From Patescibacteria group bacterium (GTDB taxonomy: Bacteria > Patescibacteriota > Minisyncoccia > Phycocordibacterales > CAIZLB01): a stretch of 34,375 bases of DNA. Below the pieces are notes generated by a model. The model was not told the DNA's origin and made no database searches. It saw only the letters and a program-made list of their open reading frames with translations. Positions 16,969-24,562 of this stretch are shown here, piece by piece. Within the stretch, counting starts at the first letter, position 1, and each line of letters begins with the position of its first letter. The translations under genes and the position numbers were made by a program. The stretch lies in assembly GCA_030917685.1 (NCBI GenBank), contig JAUPUG010000056.1:1-34375 (forward strand), given 5' to 3'.

Positions 16969-19749
16969 CTACTGGCAACCATCGCACACAAGAGCTTCTC
17001 CAGGATCTACACCAAAATCATTAGGATTTATCATATTAGGTTTAGGATTTGATTGGGGTGCAGGATTTAGACCTGATGAGTTCATTGTCGTACCGTCTGA
17101 CATAGTGTTTGCAGTTACTGACGTGCCAGTAGTTGCAAGAGTTGCTTCTACATCTACAGTAATAGTCGATGCATCTGGATTAGCGTGAGCTGAAGCTTGA
17201 ATAGTGGCAATATTTCCATTTGCACCTTGTATAACCGCTTGAGAGACTCTCTCGGCAACACTTTCACTTGCAGTGAGAGCTTCTGGTGCCACAGCACTCG
17301 CTACACTTACTGTTGATGGAGCAGATGACATTCGCATTGCTGCAAAGCCTCGCTTTCCTGTCTCAGCTTGCTTGTTTACACTTGTAGTACTTTGCTCTGC
17401 ATTGTGCTGAGGCTTCATGTGTAGATAGTATGTAGACTTGAGACCTTTCTTCCACGCTGCACTATAAATATGCATAAGCTGGTTGATATCTCGTGTTTCA
17501 AGATACATATTTCGTGAGAGTGCTTGATCAACCCACTTCTGAGCTCGAGCTGCAACTTCGATAACCGCGTATGGAGAAACTGAGAATGATGTCTGATAAA
17601 TCTTCTTGATACTATCTGGGATTTCCTCAATTGATTCAATGTCTCCACGATTTTCAATAATCTTTGTCTTAACTTTCTCCCATACTCCAAGCTTCTCGAG
17701 ATCCTTTACCAAGTTATGGTTAAGGTCAAGATATTTTCCTGAGAATTTATTTCTTGAGAAAGCTTGTGCAAATCGTACGTCGATACCTGGAACAGTTCCT
17801 GCAAGAAGCCCAATGTTTGCATTTGGCGCTACAGCCATGAGTGTAGCATTTCGAATTCCCTTCTTAACTTTTGCTCGAAGCGTATCCCAATTGAGGTCTG
17901 GATTAAATCGTTCTTTTGTTACAAGAAGTTGTTCGCCTCGAGATTGTTCAAGTAGAGCCATTGAGTCGAATGGAACCATACCTTTTGACCACTGTGAGCC
18001 TTCAAAATGGTCGTATGAGCCACGTTCTACTGCAAGGTCGGCACTTTCATCAATTGCCATATAACTAATGTATTCGAAGAGCTTATCAGCTAGATTGAAT
18101 GCCTCTTCACTGTCGTATGCAAGACCGAGTTTTTCAAAAAGATCTGCCATTCCCATCACTCCGAGTCCTACCGCACGGTTTTCTTTGTCTGATTTAGCAG
18201 CTTCAGCAACTGGAGGTTTATTGATATCAATAAGGTTATCAAGGTGTCGAATAGCAAGTCGAGTTGTCTTCTCAAGCTCTTTCCAATCGATTTCTTTTAC
18301 CAAAGACTGTTTACCTCCAAGATCCGTAACCGTCTTCTCTACAAGGTGTGCAACAATGTTGAGTGATGCAAGGTTACATACGGCGATATTGTCTTTATCC
18401 TGAGGAAGACAGATTTCAGTACAAAGGTTCGACATATGAATTGTCCCTGTGTTGTTGTTGAGTGCTCGAACATTGATAGTGTCTTTCCATGTAAGCCATG
18501 GGTGTGAAGTAGTCTGCAACGATACAAGCATCTGTCGATAAAGCTCTTCAGCTGGCATTTTCTTAAACATTACCATTTTTCCAGCTTCAGCCATCTCGAT
18601 ATATTCAGCATATCGCTTACTGAAAGCCTGACCATAGAGTTCATTTAGATCTGGCGTTTCTTTTGGATCAAAAAGATACCATGTACCACTTTGAGCAACT
18701 CGCTTCATAAATTCATCTGAAATATATGAAGCCGTGTTAGCTGTTCTCATTCGAACATAGTCATCTCCCGCATTGTGTCTCCAGTGTACATATTCTGGGA
18801 AGTCGTAGTGCCAGTTTTCCATATAGAAGCAGAGAGCACCTTTTTTCTTTCCTCCTCGAACAATAGCGTGGATGGCTGTATCCATGATTTTTGCAAAAGG
18901 TGTAGGTCCTGATGATGTAGTGTTTGAAGACTTGAGAATAGAACCTGTCGCTCGAAGTTTAGTAATAGATACCCCGAGTCCTCCTGTTCCTTTTGAAATA
19001 AGCATTACATCTGCAACTGACTTAGCAATGTGAGCCATATCATCGTGTACTTCGAGTAGATAACAGTTTGAAAGTGCAGGACGTGGAGTACCAGCAGTAA
19101 GGTTTGTAGACCCACCTGCAATGTACTTATGCTGAGACATCTGCTCGTAGAATGCAATCGCCTGAGTTGTAGGATCCTTCTCATGATATGACATACCCAT
19201 AGCTACTCGCATAAAGAAGTACTGAGGAGTCTCAATAGGCTTTAGATTTTTATCTTTTACTGAATATCGATGCAAGAAAGTAGAAAGACCTGAATACATG
19301 AAAATTTCGTCTCGTGAAATATCAAGTGCATCAGCTAGTTTCTTAAGGTCGAAACACTTTTCCATATCTTCATGGAGAAGTTCTTGTTTTATTGCAGCCT
19401 TAATATGAGGGGCGAATGCTTCTCTGTGCTTTTTCTCGAGATCTTCTTGACTATCTTTATCATATTCTGGGACCACTCGTCGATATACTGTCTTAAGGAG
19501 GAGCCGTGTAGCAATTTTGTCGTATCGTATATCATCCTGCACATTCTGAAGTGCGGCGTTAATAGTAGCCTGATCGAGTTCATCACTTGTAATACCATCA
19601 TATAACGTCAACTGAGTTTCACTAGCGATCTGCGTTACGTAGCTCGCTATGTTTGGTAAACCCTCGCAGGCTCGTTCAATAGATTTATTGATATAGTCTG
19701 CATTGAATGGAACTTTTGATCCATCCTGTTTAGTTACTGATATATTCAT
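16969..19749 (-). CDS. nrdA: Ribonucleotide reductase large subunit (class I) with an N-terminal ATP-cone and a long low-complexity C-terminal spacer.
   Basis: 926 aa. ATP-cone start (VTKQDGSKVPFNADYINKSIERAC), catalytic NLCTEICLP, and a C-terminal ...GEALVCDGCQ Cys pair. Confidence 0.95.
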   Translation of the reverse strand: MNISVTKQDGSKVPFNADYINKSIERACEGLPNIASYVTQIASETQLTLYDGITSDELDQATINAALQNVQDDIRYDKIATRLLLKTVYRRVVPEYDKDSQEDLEKKHREAFAPHIKAAIKQELLHEDMEKCFDLKKLADALDISRDEIFMYSGLSTFLHRYSVKDKNLKPIETPQYFFMRVAMGMSYHEKDPTTQAIAFYEQMSQHKYIAGGSTNLTAGTPRPALSNCYLLEVHDDMAHIAKSVADVMLISKGTGGLGVSITKLRATGSILKSSNTTSSGPTPFAKIMDTAIHAIVRGGKKKGALCFYMENWHYDFPEYVHWRHNAGDDYVRMRTANTASYISDEFMKRVAQSGTWYLFDPKETPDLNELYGQAFSKRYAEYIEMAEAGKMVMFKKMPAEELYRQMLVSLQTTSHPWLTWKDTINVRALNNNTGTIHMSNLCTEICLPQDKDNIAVCNLASLNIVAHLVEKTVTDLGGKQSLVKEIDWKELEKTTRLAIRHLDNLIDINKPPVAEAAKSDKENRAVGLGVMGMADLFEKLGLAYDSEEAFNLADKLFEYISYMAIDESADLAVERGSYDHFEGSQWSKGMVPFDSMALLEQSRGEQLLVTKERFNPDLNWDTLRAKVKKGIRNATLMAVAPNANIGLLAGTVPGIDVRFAQAFSRNKFSGKYLDLNHNLVKDLEKLGVWEKVKTKIIENRGDIESIEEIPDSIKKIYQTSFSVSPYAVIEVAARAQKWVDQALSRNMYLETRDINQLMHIYSAAWKKGLKSTYYLHMKPQHNAEQSTTSVNKQAETGKRGFAAMRMSSAPSTVSVASAVAPEALTASESVAERVSQAVIQGANGNIATIQASAHANPDASTITVDVEATLATTGTSVTANTMSDGTTMNSSGLNPAPQSNPKPNMINPNDFGVDPGEALVCDGCQ

Positions 19750-19794
19750 ACGGTGTACTCGGTTATTTGTACTATTTAATAAGTTGTTTTATGC

Positions 19795-19834
19795 ACGCTA
19801 CATATTGTTCATCGTCGCAACATATATATCATGG
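19795..19834. promoter_or_regulatory. Two AT-rich imperfect palindromes resembling NrdR boxes, overlapping the likely nrdA promoter.
   Basis: gctacatattgttca (about 19796-19810) and caacatatatatcatg (about 19818-19833, 12 of 16 positions palindromic), 50-85 nt upstream of the nrdA ATG. Compared only with the remembered consensus acaCwAtATaTwGtgt. Confidence 0.3.
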
Positions 19835-20052
19835 CAAAGTTGTGCAACGACAGGATTTCAAAATCAGATTTTCTGACAAAAATCTTATAGTTTCCGGCTG
19901 TTGGTATGAAAAATTTTACACCCAATCGATGCATATGTGATGTGGATAAGTCACTGATTTATATGCTCGGACACGGCTTTCTTTTAACAGCAATACAGAA
20001 TGGTGTACGAGGTATATTTTGAGGATTTTTTTATGAAAAATTTAGGTGGGGT

Positions 20053-20505
20053 TTGGATAATATGGTGATGACCGTATCCAACAGAAGGCAGCTACAAATA
20101 CTTAAAGCATTGGTAAAAGATTATTACGCATTACCCTATCAGTTTCACATAGAGAAACATTTGGAACTACTGCGATTATTCAAGATCATTGGTAAGCAAA
20201 AGGATAATCACCCACACCGAGATGTATTAGTTTACATTTCTCGAAAATCTCTAAAACATTTTGTCGAAAGTAGAAAATTTGATCTGAATAAGCGACACAA
20301 TGATCAAAAAACTCTTGAGATGATGCATTTTGCTATAGAATCTACAGAGGATACCATAGAAGACTTCGATATATACAATCAAGAAATAGGTAATAAATTC
20401 TCATATACGAGAAGGTGTAATAATTTAAGGAATCGTAGTATTAGAATTATACTTGAGTCAGTACGTGAGCACCTAGAGATAGTATCTATTCATTTTACTA
20501 AATAA
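20053..20505 (+). CDS. Hypothetical protein (about 147-150 aa). It contains an R-x4-H motif, but any HEPN-like or RNase-like link is speculative.
   Basis: The ORF has a TTG at 20053 and an ATG at 20062. The N-terminal half looks helical. ISRKSLKHFVESRK holds the R-x4-H. No other motif recognised. Confidence 0.55.
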   Translation: MDNMVMTVSNRRQLQILKALVKDYYALPYQFHIEKHLELLRLFKIIGKQKDNHPHRDVLVYISRKSLKHFVESRKFDLNKRHNDQKTLEMMHFAIESTEDTIEDFDIYNQEIGNKFSYTRRCNNLRNRSIRIILESVREHLEIVSIHFTK

Positions 20506-20523
20506 AAAAACCACCCATGGTGG
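20504..20523. terminator. Short hairpin terminator, with a strong U-tract on the minus strand and a weak one on the plus strand.
   Basis: A7 (20504-20510) precedes ccacc cat ggtgg (20511-20523). The minus strand reads ccaccatgggtggttttttt. Confidence 0.5.
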
Positions 20524-20532
20524 CATTCTTAT

Positions 20533-20649
20533 GTATAGCTTGGGGTGACGGCAGACTGTAAGGTCATTTCACCCATTAGTACATTCTATAGGAAACTAGA
20601 GAATGTCCGCAGCGAAGCCGATGGAATATTTTCTGTCGTCAAGCTACAC
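20533..20649 (-). repeat. 117-nt inverted-repeat element, possibly a minus-strand sRNA of about 150 nt.
   Basis: Arms gtatagcttg-gggt-gacggcaga (20533-20555) and tctgtcgtcaagctacac (20632-20649) pair over about 18 bp. Inner hairpin acattct(20581-20587)/agaatgt(20600-20606). A minus-strand TTGCAT-18-TATATT promoter lies just upstream (about 20655-20685) and the minus terminator is at 20504-20523. Confidence 0.35.
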
Positions 20650-20718
20650 CAGAAATATAGCATGCTGGATGTGATCTATGCAACTGGATTTGCATAGCTA
20701 AATTCCATGCGTTTCTAT

Positions 20719-20774
20719 TAAAACAAAAATCCACCTACTCAACGAGAAGATGGACTTCTGTGTTGAGGGTGGAT
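20719..20774 (-). terminator. Terminator of ORF 20813..21481, a member of the atccacc...ggacttc...ggtggat terminator family.
   Basis: atccacctactcaac(20729-20743)/gttgagggtggat(20762-20774). An A-run at 20720-20729 gives the U-tract on the minus strand. Confidence 0.7.
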
Positions 20775-20812
20775 GTGGAATAGAGACAAATAAACCAACT
20801 GCCTATTCTAAA

Positions 20813-21481
20813 TCAGGTGGTAAGAGTTTTAGCTTTGACTGTGTACTTCTTTTTTTTCGGAAAAAACGTGACCATTATCGCTGTTTCTTTTTCCTCCTTT
20901 GGGAATCCATTCAGCTGAGTGAGTGCTATCTTTTTCTTACGAACTTTGGGATTCTCCTTAATTTTGCAGTAAAAATGATGAGCCATGTCGAGCATGCCAA
21001 AAAAAGCATTTGTCCCGAGAGGTAGAATCACATGATCTGTGTCTTCGAGCACTATTCTCATCTGTTCTGAGGTATATTCAACGGCAGGATAACCAGCCCC
21101 TGCATTAACAGATAATTGTCGGTACATTGATACGGCACCTACCTCACTCAGATTACCGAGGAAGTGCACTGCTAGTGCCCCTATAGACAGGACACTTGTA
21201 GGCTCAATCGAACCAATCAAACAGACTTTCTGATCAGGTAACACCTTAATATGCTTTGAACATAGTGCCTTTAGGTTTTGAAGCCATGTACGCTCGATGA
21301 CGGAGGTTGGTCCACTGTATCCTTCAGAGTTTGGTAGACGTAGTTCAGGAATATGAATGAAATGAATTTGAGCACCGGGGTTAGACGCAGTCTCATCGCC
21401 TTTTTTATCGGGCGAATGAACACCGTTTGAACTTGCAAAGGCTGGTTCATATGGCGGTAAATTTGTTTGCTTGTTCTTCAT
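20813..21481 (-). CDS. Hypothetical protein (222 aa), possibly an alpha/beta Rossmann-like fold.
   Basis: Long ORF with higher GC and its own terminator. KVCLIGSIEPTSVLSIGALAVHFLG and HVILPLGTNAFFGMLDMAHHF look like strand-loop-helix patterns. No catalytic motif is secure. Confidence 0.6.
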   Translation of the reverse strand: MKNKQTNLPPYEPAFASSNGVHSPDKKGDETASNPGAQIHFIHIPELRLPNSEGYSGPTSVIERTWLQNLKALCSKHIKVLPDQKVCLIGSIEPTSVLSIGALAVHFLGNLSEVGAVSMYRQLSVNAGAGYPAVEYTSEQMRIVLEDTDHVILPLGTNAFFGMLDMAHHFYCKIKENPKVRKKKIALTQLNGFPKEEKETAIMVTFFPKKKKYTVKAKTLTT

Positions 21482-21604
21482 AGGACGTGGAGGGTTCTAT
21501 TGTTTCTGTCGTTGGATCATCTTTCGTATTTGTTTGTCAAAAAACGGGAAAAGAGTACCTATTTTTTGATATTTTGTCAAAATATTTGATATACTGACTA
21601 TACT

Positions 21605-21772
21605 ATGTCTACAAAACCTATCATTTGGCTACTTATGAGTATCGGAGGAACTGTTGGTAGCTATATTCCTACTTTATGGGGCGATACTTCTTTTCTTTCG
21701 TTCTCAGGATTATTTTTTGGCGCGATTGGATCAATAGTCGGTATATATATTGGGTTTAGGATTTCTGAATAA
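21605..21772 (+). CDS. Small two-TM membrane protein (55 aa), GlsB/YeaQ/YmgE-like Gly-rich pattern.
   Basis: Below the track cutoff. ATG at 21605, TAA at 21770-21772: MSTKPIIWLLMSIGGTVGSYIPTLWGDTSFLSFSGLFFGAIGSIVGIYIGFRISE. TATACT-type -10 boxes lie just upstream and a terminator just downstream. Confidence 0.5.
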   Translation: MSTKPIIWLLMSIGGTVGSYIPTLWGDTSFLSFSGLFFGAIGSIVGIYIGFRISE

Positions 21773-21780
21773 CGAAATTA

Positions 21781-21804
21781 CGCCACCCATGTTTGTGGGT
21801 GGCG
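21781..21804. terminator. Bidirectional terminator between convergent genes.
   Basis: cgccaccca(21781-21789)/tgggtggcg(21796-21804). T-rich on both sides. Confidence 0.7.
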
Positions 21805-21829
21805 TAAGTTTTACAGGCAGAGGTCGGGC

Positions 21830-22267
21830 TTAGATATCCCAATCGACTACGACGTCAATACCAGCAAGAGCCTCTTTGATTTTCTGTGCCCTCACTTTTG
21901 AGATGTTCTTAAAAAGGAGCACTTCCTCAAGCGGCATCTTGCGGATGCCGGCGACCGTACTGATCCCGACTTTACCGAGTGCCTTCACAATGACAGTACT
22001 TAGGCCATCGATAGTATGGAGCCTTCTGAGCCCGATACGCCGCTCATGTGAGTGAGAGGTTTTTGCGTCGAGTGCTTTCTTTTTAGTCACACTCGGCGAA
22101 AACATCCTGCCGTCATCGTGCCTGATAGTAATGGCGGGGACAGATCGCGGCCCAACCGTGATGTCTACGCCTTTGACCTCATGACCCGGTTCCAAAACTT
22201 GCTTCGCATTAAACCACTCTTGAATGACTGCCTCAAGGCCTGTTAAATCAATCTTCATCTTTGCCAT
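21830..22267 (-). CDS. Hypothetical protein with a C-terminal helix-hairpin-helix domain (RpoA-CTD-like pattern).
   Basis: The track ORF starts at a TTG (22312). The ATG at 22267 (MAKMKIDL...) is preferred. IDGLSTVIVKALGKVGISTVAGIRKMPLEEVLLFKNISKVRAQKIKEAL fits the HhH pattern. GC is clearly above the local average. Confidence 0.6.
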   Translation of the reverse strand: MAKMKIDLTGLEAVIQEWFNAKQVLEPGHEVKGVDITVGPRSVPAITIRHDDGRMFSPSVTKKKALDAKTSHSHERRIGLRRLHTIDGLSTVIVKALGKVGISTVAGIRKMPLEEVLLFKNISKVRAQKIKEALAGIDVVVDWDI

Positions 22268-22427
22268 GATATGTATTTCCCAACGTTGTTGTTTTTTTGT
22301 TCTCTTATGCAAGGTGTTACTTTAGGACTTTGTCCCGCACTTTGCTCTGTATGTTTTATATCATTAAACTCAAATATAGTCAATAGCTTCACAAACTTGG
22401 AGCTACTTCTAGTGATTTCCTCTCTCC

Positions 22428-22832
22428 CTAATTACTAACCAAATTCTCATCAAGAAAAACCTTGAGTGCAACCAAATCTTTGAGGTCCTTATTATAATAG
22501 TAAGCACACATACCAACTGACTTAGCCGACTCAACTGCCGCAGGATTATGTTCAAAATAGACAACCTCAGATGCTTGAAGCTCATATTGCGCCAGAAGCG
22601 TTTTAAAAAAGAGAGGATCGGGTTTATCAGGATTATGTTTCATTGTAAAAACAGGATATGGCACATTATCTAAACCGAATTCTTTCACCTGCTCGTCATT
22701 CGCATTTGTGACAATAATTTTTCTGTTAGGGTATGTTTCGAGTAAGTCAAAGAGCTCTTGGAATTTAACAAACTCCCCTGCTTCATTTTTTATAATGGTT
22801 GTGTTTACTGCATCTACGAGTAGAGTTTTCAT
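22428..22832 (-). CDS. Small HAD-superfamily-like protein (134 aa) with an atypical motif I.
   Basis: MKTLLVDAVNT (D-A-V-N-T where D-x-D-x-T is expected) and VYFEHNPAAVESAKSVGM (motif IV region). Confidence 0.7.
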   Translation of the reverse strand: MKTLLVDAVNTTIIKNEAGEFVKFQELFDLLETYPNRKIIVTNANDEQVKEFGLDNVPYPVFTMKHNPDKPDPLFFKTLLAQYELQASEVVYFEHNPAAVESAKSVGMCAYYYNKDLKDLVALKVFLDENLVSN

Positions 22833-22884
22833 AAGGCTATTTTACTCTTGAAAGACAATGGCGACAATGTTTATATTTTCAATG

Positions 22885-22932
22885 AAAAAAGCCCCACGAG
22901 ATGTAAAGTCTGTGTGACTTTTCTCGTGGGGC
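22885..22932 (-). terminator. Terminator of ORF 22940..23512.
   Basis: gccccacgaga(22891-22901)/tctcgtggggc(22922-22932) preceded by A6 on the plus strand, which reads as a U-tract on the minus strand. Confidence 0.7.
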
Positions 22933-22939
22933 GTTGTTG

Positions 22940-23512
22940 TCACTGATGAAGTGCTGCGTTTGGCACAACAGTATCAGTGTTGACGAATCCTTCGTCTCTG
23001 CAGTACCTGATCATTCTTTCTCTCTCGGCACCCCTAACTTCATGCAAATCCATGTATTCGAGCAAGTCCAGCATTGAGCCTGCGAAATACCTGTAATATA
23101 GGATGAAGTACCAGCGTGCCACAGTAGCGATAATGGCGACTAGGAGATTTATAAAGAATATAAACGAATTCGCTGTTGAGACTGGACTGAATCCAATACT
23201 TGTCATATGCGAAGATAGTTTGATTCCTCCAAGGCTCAAAAATATGAGCATAAGGATTGGCGCGAGCGCCATAACTGGAAACCGCGCTAGCTTGCGCCGT
23301 GGGTGTGTTGTCCCATGACCAGAGCAAAGGCTCCAGATGAGCTCAAATTTCGCCAATGGAAAAAGAAGTGGAATCGCGCTAAGCAATGCAGGTAAAACGA
23401 GTCCTTCGTCTCGGTTGAGAGTTGATAGGTACCAAGCCTCATATGCGATGAGCATAATTGCTGCAGATAGAATGATTCTGAATTTAAGCAGTTTTTCAAG
23501 GAGCGTTGTCAT
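22940..23512 (-). CDS. Hypothetical membrane protein (190 aa, about 4 TM, charged C-terminal tail).
   Basis: Hydrophobic helices throughout. Own promoter (TTGACG-17-ATTATA, about 23560-23600, minus) and own terminator. Elevated GC. Confidence 0.65.
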   Translation of the reverse strand: MTTLLEKLLKFRIILSAAIMLIAYEAWYLSTLNRDEGLVLPALLSAIPLLFPLAKFELIWSLCSGHGTTHPRRKLARFPVMALAPILMLIFLSLGGIKLSSHMTSIGFSPVSTANSFIFFINLLVAIIATVARWYFILYYRYFAGSMLDLLEYMDLHEVRGAERERMIRYCRDEGFVNTDTVVPNAALHQ

Positions 23513-23639
23513 AGGGGTTCTGTTTTCTGGTGTAGTTGACGGGATATGTGTGAATCTTGACTACAATATAATACCATATAATTATATTACGTCAAGTATT
23601 CTATCACCCTCTATTCCGACATCTAAATTCAATAATCAC

Positions 23640-23728
23640 GTAAAAGAAAATCCACCGAAACGGAGGACTTCCGTTGGTGGATGAGGCTTTGTTAAGTTGT
23701 CCCCTGAACTTAGTAGACTGACTACCAT
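23640..23728 (-). repeat. Copy 1 of a roughly 90-nt repeated 3' module (conserved box ATGGTAGTCARTCTACTAAGTTC + terminator).
   Basis: About 85% identical to 24457-24543. Terminator atccaccgaaacgga(23650-23664)/tccgttggtggat(23670-23682) with loop ggact and a U-tract on the minus strand. Confidence 0.8.
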
Positions 23729-23860
23729 TATCTATGATTCCTTCTTAGGTGTGGGCTCATCGAGGTTTTCGAGGAGCCATTTATAAGACTAAAGGATTCT
23801 GAATCCACATGTTCTCTTGTTTGTCAATGTGAGTGGACTTCTCTCCCCAAGACTGGAATC
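23729..23860 (-). pseudogene. Decayed fragment paralogous to the 3' end of ORF 24563..24985.
   Basis: The minus frame 23732-23788 reads SYKWLLENLDEPTPKKES*. The parent C-terminus is ...RIFLEEDLVFASDKKEEVK*. Both are followed by the same repeated box + terminator. An upstream frame reads WIQNP against the parent's EILNP, and it is interrupted by stops. Confidence 0.3.
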
Positions 23861-23918
23861 ATTTAGTGAAGGAATCTGGTGTATTGAAAGGAATTTGTAT
23901 TTAAGTACCTTTACTTTT

Positions 23919-24353
23919 CTATACGAGAACTACTTGAGATAACTTCATTAGTAAATATGAAATGAGTGTCGCCATAAGTGTGATATAGAGCAAGATTCCA
24001 ATTATCCCATATGTCTCCTTTTCTTTTTTGACTTTTGCGCTTAAAAGATGAACAAGGAAGCTTCCAAAAAGTACCAGGGTTAGCGCGCCAGATCCAATCA
24101 ATAAATATTTCGTAGATACATTGAACATTTCAGGAATAGCTGCTTGTAAGCCTTGCTCACAAAATGCCTTATCAATTGAATAGAGTGTGATGAAGCGATA
24201 ATCATTCTTAATCACCTCAATATTCTCGCATCTAAGCAGGCCTGGAAAAACATTTTCAGACAAGAGACCAAGACTTGAAAATATGGGAATTATAAAAGCA
24301 AGCCCCACAGAGTAGTGTGCAAGAACTAACCAAAGATTCTTTTTTATCGTCAT
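23919..24353 (-). CDS. Hypothetical membrane protein (144 aa, about 4 TM).
   Basis: Hydrophobic helices (LWLVLAHYSVGLAFIIPIFSSLGLL, LLIGSGALTLVLFGSFLVHLL, IIGILLYITLMATLISYLLM). Confidence 0.65.
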   Translation of the reverse strand: MTIKKNLWLVLAHYSVGLAFIIPIFSSLGLLSENVFPGLLRCENIEVIKNDYRFITLYSIDKAFCEQGLQAAIPEMFNVSTKYLLIGSGALTLVLFGSFLVHLLSAKVKKEKETYGIIGILLYITLMATLISYLLMKLSQVVLV

Positions 24354-24456
24354 AATATTCTAAGTCTATCACACTCACAATATTTATTTCAGTGGACTTC
24401 TCTTTCATTTTTCTAAACCAAATACTATGCGACCTAATATGTTTAAGAAAAGTTTT

Positions 24457-24543
24457 GTAAAAGAAAATCCACCGAAGCGGAGGACTTCCGTTGGTGGATG
24501 AGGATTTAACAAGTTTCCTCGAACTTAGTAGATTGACTACCAT
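24457..24543 (-). repeat. Copy 2 of the repeated 3' module (box + terminator), 20 nt after the stop of ORF 24563..24985.
   Basis: See copy 1. The terminator stem ends at 24467-24473 and 24493-24499. Confidence 0.8.
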
Positions 24544-24562
24544 ACTTTATGAGATCAGCAAT

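Noticed and set aside
19750-20050. A cobalamin riboswitch upstream of the RNR operon, and a T-box upstream of leuS.
   Set aside because: No B12-box-like sequence is present, and the enzyme is class I rather than B12-dependent. leuS starts 25 nt after the preceding gene's stop, which leaves no room for a leader.
24256-24543. Track ORF 24256..24543 (-, 95 aa), and a 30-aa counterpart starting at the same ATGGTAGTC box in copy 1.
   Set aside because: The frame reads straight through the intrinsic terminator and into the next gene's promoter and coding sequence. The two copies diverge by indels that break the frame. The conservation is at the nucleotide/RNA level.
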